Notes under the pieces: generated by a model | The model's input: the letters and a program-made list of their open reading frames with translations, nothing else | The model's database searches: none | Told to the model about the DNA's origin: nothing | Origin: Candidatus Cibiobacter qucibialis | GTDB taxonomy: Bacteria; Bacillota; Clostridia; Oscillospirales; Ruminococcaceae | Length of the DNA: 64,000 bases | Assembly (NCBI GenBank): GCA_004000625.1 | Contig: SAUS01000001.1 | Location: 3,639 to 67,638, forward strand | Reading direction: 5' to 3' | Translations under genes and position numbers: made by a program | Shown here: positions 49,689 through 57,355 of the stretch, in pieces | Position numbering within the stretch: the stretch's first letter is position 1 | Layout: each line of letters begins with the position of its first letter

Positions 49689-50927
49689 TCAAACGCGGCC
49701 TTCCAAAATAAAATGTTCCAGTTTGCGCAGCAGCTCGCTGCGGCGGTAATGCGCAAGATAATATTCTTTGGCGCTCTGGCCCATGGCGGCGCGCTGGGCG
49801 GCGTCCATGCGGGTCAGTGCCAGCAGGTTGTCTGCCAGGGCAGCGGCATCACAGGCAGGGGAGCTTAACCCGCCTGCCGCGGCAACCGCCGCATTGCCGG
49901 CACCGTCCATACTGGCCAGGACCGGCTTGCCGGCGGCCATATAACTGGCAACCTTGGCCGGTACGGTCAGCCCCAAGTCCGGCGAATCCGACAGGCAGAC
50001 GATCAAAGCATCGGCCAGCGCGGTGAACTTGGGGATATCCGTTGCCGGAACACTGCCATAAAACGTAACGGCGTCCTCGGCGTGCAGCTCTTTCACTTTG
50101 GCTTCCAGCGCGGCGCGGCTCATGCCATCGCCCACCAGCAACAGGTGCAACATATCCGCCCCGCGGCTGCGCACATCCTGCACCGCCGTGATGACGGTCT
50201 CCAGGCTTTGGGCGGGGGTAAAAGTGCCGGTAAACACCAAGTTGAACCGCCCGCCGAACTGCGCCTGCAAAGCGGCATCCGGCTGAGGAACGGCGTAAAA
50301 ATCCTCGCAGTACTGCGGGATCACAGCAATTTTTTGCGGCGGCATACCGGTGCGCTGGCACAGCCGCTGCTGCAGCGGCTCACTCATGGCAATCAGTCGG
50401 TCGGCCTTCTTATATAAAGCGTCGCTTACACCCTGGGCAATCGCGCGCAGGGCTTTGTTCTTCACATTCAGCACGCTGTACAGGTTTTCGGGCCAGATAT
50501 CCAGCACATAGTTGGTAAAGGGAATGTGGTGCTTTTTGGCATAGCGGATGGCGGGCCAGCACATCAGTACCGGGCTGGTGTTAAAGCAGAACACCGCATC
50601 GTACCCGCCCGGCAGGCGATGCAGCGCATGGGCGGCGTACCACGGCCAGCTGACATAGTTCAAAAAAATGTTGACCGAGGTGTTGCCCCTGCGCGGAACC
50701 TCTTTGCAGCGGTACAGGCGGGCACCGTGCCATTCTTCTTCAAAAGGGCCGGCAGCGCTGTAACCGGGGAACCATTCGCCTTTTGGGTAATTGGGCAGCC
50801 CGCAAAGCACATCCACCGCAATGCCATCCTGCAAAAAACCTTCCACAATATCATTGATGCGGAAATTTTCCGGCCAGAAATGCTGCGTAACAACAAGAAT
50901 CTTTTTTTGAGAGGGCAAAGGGCACAC
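49689..50927 (-). CDS. Family 4 glycosyltransferase, WbuB-like (L-FucNAc transferase family)
   Basis: 412 aa; KILVVTQHFWPENFRINDI N-terminus typical of WbuB/WbjE-type GT4; co-located with FnlA/B/C homologues. Confidence 0.75.
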   Translation of the reverse strand: MCPLPSQKKILVVTQHFWPENFRINDIVEGFLQDGIAVDVLCGLPNYPKGEWFPGYSAAGPFEEEWHGARLYRCKEVPRRGNTSVNIFLNYVSWPWYAAHALHRLPGGYDAVFCFNTSPVLMCWPAIRYAKKHHIPFTNYVLDIWPENLYSVLNVKNKALRAIAQGVSDALYKKADRLIAMSEPLQQRLCQRTGMPPQKIAVIPQYCEDFYAVPQPDAALQAQFGGRFNLVFTGTFTPAQSLETVITAVQDVRSRGADMLHLLLVGDGMSRAALEAKVKELHAEDAVTFYGSVPATDIPKFTALADALIVCLSDSPDLGLTVPAKVASYMAAGKPVLASMDGAGNAAVAAAGGLSSPACDAAALADNLLALTRMDAAQRAAMGQSAKEYYLAHYRRSELLRKLEHFILEGRV

Positions 50928-50935
50928 ACCTTTCG

Positions 50936-51106
50936 AAAGTTAGGAGTTAGGAAGTAGGAGTTAGGAGCTGAAGAACGGCTGCTAGACTTGAGGTCTTTTG
51001 CAATCTATAAAATGCTCTGTAGGGAACGATCTTGACCGTTCCAAAGCATTCAGCTTGTCGCAGCCTCAAAAAACTCCTAACTCCTCACTCCAACCTCCTA
51101 ACTAAA
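50936..51106. repeat. ~170-bp inverted-repeat element 1 (AGGAG-rich arm ... REP-like core ... CTCCT-rich arm) between GT4 and fnlC
   Basis: Arms GTTAGGAGTTAGGAAGTAGGAGTTAGGAG / CTCCTAACTCCTCACTCCAACCTCCTAAC; core contains CTGTAGGGAACGATCTTGACCGTTCC; paralogous copy at 52265-52425. Confidence 0.7.
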
Positions 51107-51111
51107 AAAAC

Positions 51112-52251
51112 TCAGTTTTTTCTCCACACCATCTTATTAACCACCCCGGTGTAGCTCTGGATGATCTTGACGACCTTGGTGGAAACGTCTTCAGTGTAGT
51201 AGGGGACGGGGATGCCGTTGTCGCCGTTGGCGTTCATGGCAACGGCGGTGGCAACTGCCTGTTCCACGCCGCCCTCGCTGATGCCGGCCAGCACAAAGCA
51301 GCCTTTGTCCAGTGCTTCAGGTCGCTCGGTGGAGGTACGGATGCAGACAGCCGGGAACGGATGTCCCACGCTGGTAAAGAAGCTGGATTCCTCCGGCAGG
51401 GTGCCGGAATCGCTGACCACGGCAAATGCGTTCATCTGCAGATGGTTGTAATCATGGAAGCCCAGGGGCTCATGCAGCTTTACGCGCTCGTCCAGCTGGA
51501 AGCCCATGGCGTCCAGCCGCTTTTTGCTGCGCGGATGGCAGGAATACAGTATGGGCATATCATAGGTCTGGGCCAGGTGATTGATGGAGGTGAACAGGTC
51601 GATAAAGTTCTTTTCGGTATCAATGTTCTCCTCGCGGTGGGCGGAAAGCAGCATGTATTTGTGCGGCTCCAGCCCCAGGCGCTCCAGCACATCGCTGGCT
51701 TCGATCTTGGCCAGGTTGGCGTGCAGCACTTCCGCCATGGGGGAACCGGTCACAAAGGTGCGCTCCTTGGCGGTGCCTTCGGCATTCAGGTAACGGCGGG
51801 CATGCTCGGAATAGCACATGTTCACATCGGAAATGTGGTCCACAATGCGGCGGTTGGTTTCCTCAGGCAGGCACTCGTCAAAGCAGCGGTTGCCGGCTTC
51901 CATGTGGAAGATGGGAATGTGCAGCCGCTTGGCCGCAATGGCGGAAAGGCAGCTGTTGGTATCGCCCAGAATCAGCAGGGCATCGGGCTTCTGTTCCACC
52001 ATCAGGGAGTAGGACTTGGCAATAATGTTGCCGATGGTTTCACCCAGGTCCTTGCCGACGGCATCCAGATAGAAATCCGGCGCACGCAGGCCCAGGTCCT
52101 CAAAGAATACCTGATTCAGGTTATAATCATAGTTCTGGCCGGTGTGGACTAGAATCTGGTCAAAATACACATCACACTTTTTAATCACAGCCGACAGCCG
52201 AATGATCTCCGGCCGCGTGCCGATAATGGTCATAAGTTTGAGCTTGTTCAT
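51112..52251 (-). CDS. UDP-N-acetylglucosamine 2-epimerase (non-hydrolysing), FnlC/CapG/WecB-like
   Basis: 379 aa from MNKLKLMTIIGTRPEIIRL; epimerase motifs; upstream 43 codons of the long ORF translate the repeat element and are discarded. Confidence 0.85.
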   Translation of the reverse strand: MNKLKLMTIIGTRPEIIRLSAVIKKCDVYFDQILVHTGQNYDYNLNQVFFEDLGLRAPDFYLDAVGKDLGETIGNIIAKSYSLMVEQKPDALLILGDTNSCLSAIAAKRLHIPIFHMEAGNRCFDECLPEETNRRIVDHISDVNMCYSEHARRYLNAEGTAKERTFVTGSPMAEVLHANLAKIEASDVLERLGLEPHKYMLLSAHREENIDTEKNFIDLFTSINHLAQTYDMPILYSCHPRSKKRLDAMGFQLDERVKLHEPLGFHDYNHLQMNAFAVVSDSGTLPEESSFFTSVGHPFPAVCIRTSTERPEALDKGCFVLAGISEGGVEQAVATAVAMNANGDNGIPVPYYTEDVSTKVVKIIQSYTGVVNKMVWRKN

Positions 52252-52264
52252 TGTAAAACACCCG

Positions 52265-52425
52265 ATACAGTTAGAAGGTAGGAGTGAGGAGTTAGGCGTT
52301 GAAGAACGACTGCTGGTTTTATTGTCTTCCGCAAACGATAAAGAGTTTCGCAGGGAACGGCTTTGAATGTTCTGAGACATTTACCTTGCCCAGGTTTCAA
52401 AACTCCTAACTCCTACCTGAGTATG
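52265..52425. repeat. ~160-bp inverted-repeat element 2 (paralogue of element 1) between fnlC and fnlB
   Basis: Arms GTTAGAAGGTAGGAGTGAGGAGTTAGG / AAACTCCTAACTCCTACCT; shared internal block TGAAGAACG(A/G)CTGCT and degenerate GCAGGGAACGG core. Confidence 0.65.
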
Positions 52426-52438
52426 TACGTTTAAAATG

Positions 52439-53638
52439 TTACACTTTCAAAAAGAACGTGTCCGGCTTGGCGGGGTCAAACGGTTCGTTGGCCCACATCA
52501 GGGTCACAAGGTTTTCAGTATCGCTTAAGTTGATGATGTTGTGGGTGCAGCCGGGCAGCATCTGCACGGCGGTGGGCTTATCGCCCCACACCTCAAACTC
52601 CATCACTTCGTCACAGCCAACTTTGCGCTCCTGAATCAGCCCGTGGCCGGAAACCACAATAAAAAATTCCCACTTGGTGTTGTGCCAGTGCTGGCCCTTG
52701 GTAATGCCGGGCTTGGAAATGTTCACGCTGAACTGGCCGCAGTTTTCGGTTTTCAGCAGCTCGGTAAAGCTGCCGCGCTCGTCTGCGTTGACTTTTAAGG
52801 GGAAGGCAATCCGCTCCTTGGGCAGGTAGGAAAGATAGGTGGAATACAGCTTTTTGGCAAAGCTGCCCGCCGGGATCTCCGGCACCACCAGCGTGGCGGG
52901 CTGGGCGTGGAACTGTTCCAACAGATCCACAATCTCCCCAAGGGTCACTTTGTGGGTGACGGGAACAAAGCAGTAACGGCCATCCACGGCAGGCACCGGG
53001 GTAAGGCCGTCATAATTGCAGCGGTGGGGCGCAGCTTCCAGCGCATCCAGCATCTCTTCTACCAGATCGTCAATGTACAGCAGTTCCAGCTCAGTTGCGC
53101 GGTCATTGACGGTGATGGGCAGGCCGTTGGCAATGTTGTGGCAGAAAGTAGCCACGGCGCTGTTGTAGTTGGGGCGGCACCATTTGCCAAACAGGTTGGG
53201 AAAGCGGTAAACCAGCACCGGGGCGCCGGTGGTTTTGCTGTATTCAAAGAACAGTTCTTCTCCGGCCAGCTTGCTTTTGCCGTAATCGCTTTTGCCATAG
53301 CGGCCGATCAGCGTGGCCTGAATGGAGCTGGACAGCATCACCGGGCAGGTGTTGCCGTGGGCTTTCAGCGTATCCAGCAGGGTGGAGGCAAAGCCGAAAT
53401 TACCTGCCATGAACTCGCTTTCCACTTTGGGGCGGTTGACCCCGGCCAGGTTGAATACAAAGTCTGCCTTGGCGCAGTATTCATCCAGCAGCGCCGGAGC
53501 CGTGTCCAGGTCATACTCAAAAATATCAGTAATGTTCAGGGCCGGGCGGGTGCGGTTTTTGCCATCGCGGATATTTTTCAGGTTTTCACACAGATTGCGC
53601 CCGACAAACCCCTTTGCCCCGGTGACAAGAATGTTCAT
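52439..53638 (-). CDS. CapF/FnlB-like bifunctional reductase/epimerase (SDR domain + C-terminal cupin)
   Basis: 399 aa; MNILVTGAKGFVGRNL Rossmann motif, C-terminal cupin (WHNTKWEFFIVVSGHG); canonical second enzyme of UDP-L-FucNAc pathway. Confidence 0.8.
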   Translation of the reverse strand: MNILVTGAKGFVGRNLCENLKNIRDGKNRTRPALNITDIFEYDLDTAPALLDEYCAKADFVFNLAGVNRPKVESEFMAGNFGFASTLLDTLKAHGNTCPVMLSSSIQATLIGRYGKSDYGKSKLAGEELFFEYSKTTGAPVLVYRFPNLFGKWCRPNYNSAVATFCHNIANGLPITVNDRATELELLYIDDLVEEMLDALEAAPHRCNYDGLTPVPAVDGRYCFVPVTHKVTLGEIVDLLEQFHAQPATLVVPEIPAGSFAKKLYSTYLSYLPKERIAFPLKVNADERGSFTELLKTENCGQFSVNISKPGITKGQHWHNTKWEFFIVVSGHGLIQERKVGCDEVMEFEVWGDKPTAVQMLPGCTHNIINLSDTENLVTLMWANEPFDPAKPDTFFLKV

Positions 53639-54687
53639 GCCTTGCCTGCCTCTTTCAGTGCTTCCTGGATGTACTCGGTGGTCATGATCTTTTTGATGGT
53701 GCCCTCCACATCCAGGCGGCGGGTGTTGTGGCTGGTATAATCTTCATCGGCCTGGGTGTGAACCTGGCCCTTGATGAAGTACTTGTCATAGTTCAAGTCG
53801 CGGTTGTCGGCGGCAACGCGGTAATAGTTGCCCATATCCTCGCTGCGCATCCGCTCTTCCTTGGTCATCAGGGTCTCGTACAGCTTTTCGCCGTGGCGGG
53901 TGCCGATCACGCGGGTGCCGGTGTCGCCAAACAGCTGCTGCACGGCTTTGGCCAGATCGCCAATGGTGGAAGCATCGGATTTCTGGATGAACAGATCACC
54001 CGGATTGGCGTGCTCAAAGGCAAACATGACAAGGTCAACGGCCTCGTCCAGGTTCATCAAAAAGCGGGTCATGTTGGGATCGGTGATGGTAATGGGGTTG
54101 CCGGCCTTGATCTGCTCCACAAACAGCGGAATCACGCTGCCGCGGCTGCACATCACGTTGCCGTAACGGGTGCAGCAGATGACCGGGCCGCCGCGCTGTG
54201 CGCTGACACGCGCGTTGGCAGTGATAACATGCTCCATCATGGCCTTGGAGATGCCCATGGCATTGATGGGGTAAGCGGCTTTATCGGTAGAAAGGCAGAC
54301 CACGCGCTCCACGCCTGCTTCAATGGCGGCATGCAGCATGTTGTCGGTGCCTTCAATGTTGGTGCGCACGGCCTCCATGGGGAAAAACTCGCAGGAAGGA
54401 ACCTGCTTGAGCGCAGCGGCATGGAAGATAAAGTTGACGCCGGGCATCACATCGCGCAGGCTCTGGATGTTGCGCACATCGCCGATGTAGAACTTGACTT
54501 TATTGTAATAGTCAGGATAGTTGGCCTGCAGCTCATGGCGCATGTCGTCCTGCTTTTTCTCGTCACGGCTGAAAATGCGGATCTCGCCGATATCAGTCGT
54601 CAAAAAATGCTTGAGCACGGTGTGGCCAAAGCTGCCGGTGCCGCCGGTGATCAACAAGGTTTTATCTTTGAAAATGGTATTTGCCAT
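53635..54687 (-). CDS. UDP-GlcNAc 4,6-dehydratase/5-epimerase, CapE/FnlA-like (short CapD family)
   Basis: 350 aa; LLITGGTGSFG, SxxK/YxxxK (MGISKAM) SDR extended family; 4-nt overlap with downstream fnlB-like gene. Confidence 0.85.
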   Translation of the reverse strand: MANTIFKDKTLLITGGTGSFGHTVLKHFLTTDIGEIRIFSRDEKKQDDMRHELQANYPDYYNKVKFYIGDVRNIQSLRDVMPGVNFIFHAAALKQVPSCEFFPMEAVRTNIEGTDNMLHAAIEAGVERVVCLSTDKAAYPINAMGISKAMMEHVITANARVSAQRGGPVICCTRYGNVMCSRGSVIPLFVEQIKAGNPITITDPNMTRFLMNLDEAVDLVMFAFEHANPGDLFIQKSDASTIGDLAKAVQQLFGDTGTRVIGTRHGEKLYETLMTKEERMRSEDMGNYYRVAADNRDLNYDKYFIKGQVHTQADEDYTSHNTRRLDVEGTIKKIMTTEYIQEALKEAGKA

Positions 54688-54903
54688 GGTTTCCTCCTGT
54701 CAGGGGACGAACTTTTGGTGGTAGGCGCAGTAGCGTCGGGCATCTTCTAATGCCCATAAAGCCAACACTTCCCCTATATACAACCAATTCTAACATAAAA
54801 GTTACAGCTTGAAAAGGGCCTGACCTTGGAAAATGCTGTTTTTTGTGGTACAATACCCCCAGTGCAACCATTATCATTATACAATAAAGGAGAATCAGAT
54901 TTT

Positions 54904-56127
54904 ATGCGCGCTTATGAACGTTTGCTGAATTACGTTAAGGTGTATACCACCTCGGACCCCGTAAGCGATACCCACCCCACCACCGCCCGCCAGTTTGACC
55001 TGGCCCGCATGCTGGTCAAGGAGCTGCAGGACCTTGGCCTTGCGGATGCCCATGTGGATGAGCACTGCTATGTTTACGCCACGCTGCCCGCCACCCCCGG
55101 CCACGAAGCTGCCAAGGGCCTTGGATTTATTGCCCATATGGATACTTCCCCCGATGCACCGGGTGAGAATGTGAAGCCCCAGATCCATGAAAATTATGAC
55201 GGCGGCGATGTTGTTCTGCCCGGTACCGGCGCAGTTCTCAGCACCAGGCAGTTCCCATTCCTGGCAAAGCTCAAGGGCCAAACCCTGATCACCACCGATG
55301 GCACCACCCTGCTGGGTGCGGACGACAAAGCCGGTGTGGCCGAGATTATGACCATGCTGGAGATCCTGCAGAAAGAAAACCGCCCCCACGGCAAGATCTG
55401 CGTGGGCTTTACCCCCGATGAGGAGGTTGGCCAGGGTGCTGACCTGTTTGATGTGGAGCATTTTGGCGCAGCCTATGCCTACACGGTGGACGGCGACGAA
55501 GCGGGCGAAATCAGCTATGAAAACTTTAACGCTGCCGCTGCTTTTGTCACGGTACACGGCTTCTCGGTCCATCCGGGCAGCGCAAAGAACGCCATGAAGA
55601 ATGCGCAGAACATTGCCATTGAGTTCCACAACGCCCTGCCGTATTACGACCGCCCCGAATACACTGAGAACCGCGAGGGTTTCTACCACCTGTGCAGCAT
55701 GGAAGGCGATGTGACCGGCGCCAAGCTGGGCTACATTGTGCGTGACCACAGTGCCGAAAGCTTTGCCGCCCGCAAGGAGACCATGCGCCACATTGCCAAG
55801 CTGCTGAACGAAAAGTATGGCGAAGGCACCGTGGAGCTGGAGCTGAAGGACAGCTATTTCAGCATGCTGGAAAAGATCAAGCCGCATTTCCATCTGGTGG
55901 AAAATGCCCGCGCCGCCATCCGCAAGGCTGGCCTGGAGCCGCTGGAAACGCCCATTCGCGGCGGTACGGACGGTGCGACCCTGTCTTACATGGGCCTGCC
56001 CTGCCCGAACCTTGGCACCGGCGGCTTTAACTACCATGGCCCGTGTGAAGGCATCACGGTAGAGTCTATGGATAAGGCAACCGAGATTCTGCTGAACCTG
56101 GCCGATATTTATAAGGATGTCCAGTAA
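54904..56127 (+). CDS. pepT: Peptidase T (tripeptide aminopeptidase, M20B)
   Basis: MRAYERLLNYVKVYTTSDP..., metal ligands HMDTSPD, DDKAG, E-E; RBS AAGGAGAA. Confidence 0.9.
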   Translation: MRAYERLLNYVKVYTTSDPVSDTHPTTARQFDLARMLVKELQDLGLADAHVDEHCYVYATLPATPGHEAAKGLGFIAHMDTSPDAPGENVKPQIHENYDGGDVVLPGTGAVLSTRQFPFLAKLKGQTLITTDGTTLLGADDKAGVAEIMTMLEILQKENRPHGKICVGFTPDEEVGQGADLFDVEHFGAAYAYTVDGDEAGEISYENFNAAAAFVTVHGFSVHPGSAKNAMKNAQNIAIEFHNALPYYDRPEYTENREGFYHLCSMEGDVTGAKLGYIVRDHSAESFAARKETMRHIAKLLNEKYGEGTVELELKDSYFSMLEKIKPHFHLVENARAAIRKAGLEPLETPIRGGTDGATLSYMGLPCPNLGTGGFNYHGPCEGITVESMDKATEILLNLADIYKDVQ

Positions 56128-56285
56128 CCAGCGCAGCCTTTTTGAAAAAAGGCCTGGCGAAAAACTTTAATTGGCTTCGCATAAAAAAGAGTAATAGTCG
56201 TGTGGTGCCCACGGCGGCGCATTTTAACTAGGTCAGCTGCTCCGGCAAGAAGTATTCTGGCCAGAGCTGCCAACCTGTTTTATTC

Positions 56286-56346
56286 GCACCGCCGCGGGCG
56301 GTGCACCGACATTATTCTTTATTCATTATTATTTATTATTTCATTC
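56286..56346 (+). repeat. Bipartite motif: GC palindrome (GCACCGCCGCGGGCGGTGC) + ATTATTCTTTATT...-type T-rich tract; paralogue of 37796-37857
   Basis: 13-nt identical block ATTATTCTTTATT and analogous GC-palindrome in both loci; behaves like a strong intrinsic terminator on the plus strand. Confidence 0.45.
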
Positions 56347-56351
56347 CTGAT

Positions 56352-56396
56352 AGAAAAATAGCGCCCGACGGTTTAAGCGTACCTGTCGGGCGCTGT
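56352..56396 (-). terminator. Intrinsic terminator of the HTH/small-ORF operon
   Basis: AGCGCCCGACAGGTACGCTTAAACCGTCGGGCGCT followed by ATTTTTCT on the minus strand. Confidence 0.7.
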
Positions 56397-56408
56397 TTGT
56401 TTATTTGC

Positions 56409-56741
56409 TTATTTATCCGGTTCACAGTCCAGAATGGAGGGAATATTGGCCCATTTATCCGGTTCGGCTTCGTACCGTTCGTGCAGCCAAGCAACGGCGG
56501 CATCGAGCCCCTCCTGATTGCCGGGGAACTCTGCCATCTCCTGCTTTTCATCGGCAGTGTGTTCCAAGCTCCATGGGCCGGGCCAGATGGTGGCGGTCAG
56601 ATATTCGATCTTCCGCTTGCCGCTTTCATCGGCGGGGTCAGCTTTTTTGGCGGGGGCTACCAGATAGCGCATGCCGCCCTGTGCGCCGGAGTACGGGTTG
56701 CCGCAGTGGAACCAATGGTAGATGGGCAGGCAGTCCAGCAT
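56409..56741 (-). CDS. Hypothetical protein (110 aa) downstream of XRE-HTH regulator
   Basis: No recognisable motif; Trp/His/Cys-rich N-terminus (IYHWFHCGNPYSG); operonic with HTH gene. Confidence 0.45.
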   Translation of the reverse strand: MLDCLPIYHWFHCGNPYSGAQGGMRYLVAPAKKADPADESGKRKIEYLTATIWPGPWSLEHTADEKQEMAEFPGNQEGLDAAVAWLHERYEAEPDKWANIPSILDCEPDK

Positions 56742-56756
56742 AAAATCTCCTCACTT

Positions 56757-57107
56757 TCAGGTTTTGCTGCGGTTCAGTTCCGCGCGTAGTTGGATCAGGC
56801 GGGCAATATCTTCCTTATCGGCCTGGGTCAGTTGGTCTTTCAGATTCTGGTAGGCGGCAATGGGTTCGTCCTGAATCAAAGCGTCCAGTTCCGCCCCGGC
56901 AGGGGAGCCCTGCCACCCGGCCAGGTAGCCGGGCGCCACGCCAAGGCAGGCGGCAATGCTTTCCAGCTTATCCAGCGGAATATTGGTTACAATGCCGGTC
57001 TCGTATTTATAAACCGCTTGTTTGGTCACATGCACCTGTTCGGCCAGCTGCTCCTGTGTCAGCCCTTTGGCGGTGCGTGCTTCGCGGATGCGTTCCCCAA
57101 TGGTCAT
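56757..57107 (-). CDS. XRE-family helix-turn-helix transcriptional regulator
   Basis: 116 aa from MTIGERIREARTAKGLTQEQLAEQVHVTKQAVYKYE (RBS GGAGGTG); classic Cro/C1 HTH. Confidence 0.85.
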   Translation of the reverse strand: MTIGERIREARTAKGLTQEQLAEQVHVTKQAVYKYETGIVTNIPLDKLESIAACLGVAPGYLAGWQGSPAGAELDALIQDEPIAAYQNLKDQLTQADKEDIARLIQLRAELNRSKT

Positions 57108-57355
57108 GCGGATCACCTCCCAAAAAGTATAGCAAAAAACCTGCGGGTTTACAAGATGATAAAAATGACTTGACAAGTTACAGCAAGGATGCTATCCTGT
57201 GAGTGACCTGATAAGTTTCAAGAAGGAATGTTCTCTTTCGGTTGCAAAACAGGCAAAGACAGAGAAAACAACAGCAAAGCGGCGGCAGCAGGGCCGCTTT
57301 CATATGAAATACAAGTAACTTATCAGGTTTCAAATGGATCATAAGGAGGAATGGA

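Noticed and set aside
51112-52380. Extended 422-aa form of the UDP-GlcNAc 2-epimerase gene (and similarly extended forms of purD, uvrC, ffh, mraY, rsmH, AGCS, HTH)
   Set aside because: Each upstream extension translates intergenic repeat or AT-rich leader sequence. Internal starts with good RBS match the conserved N-termini of the families.
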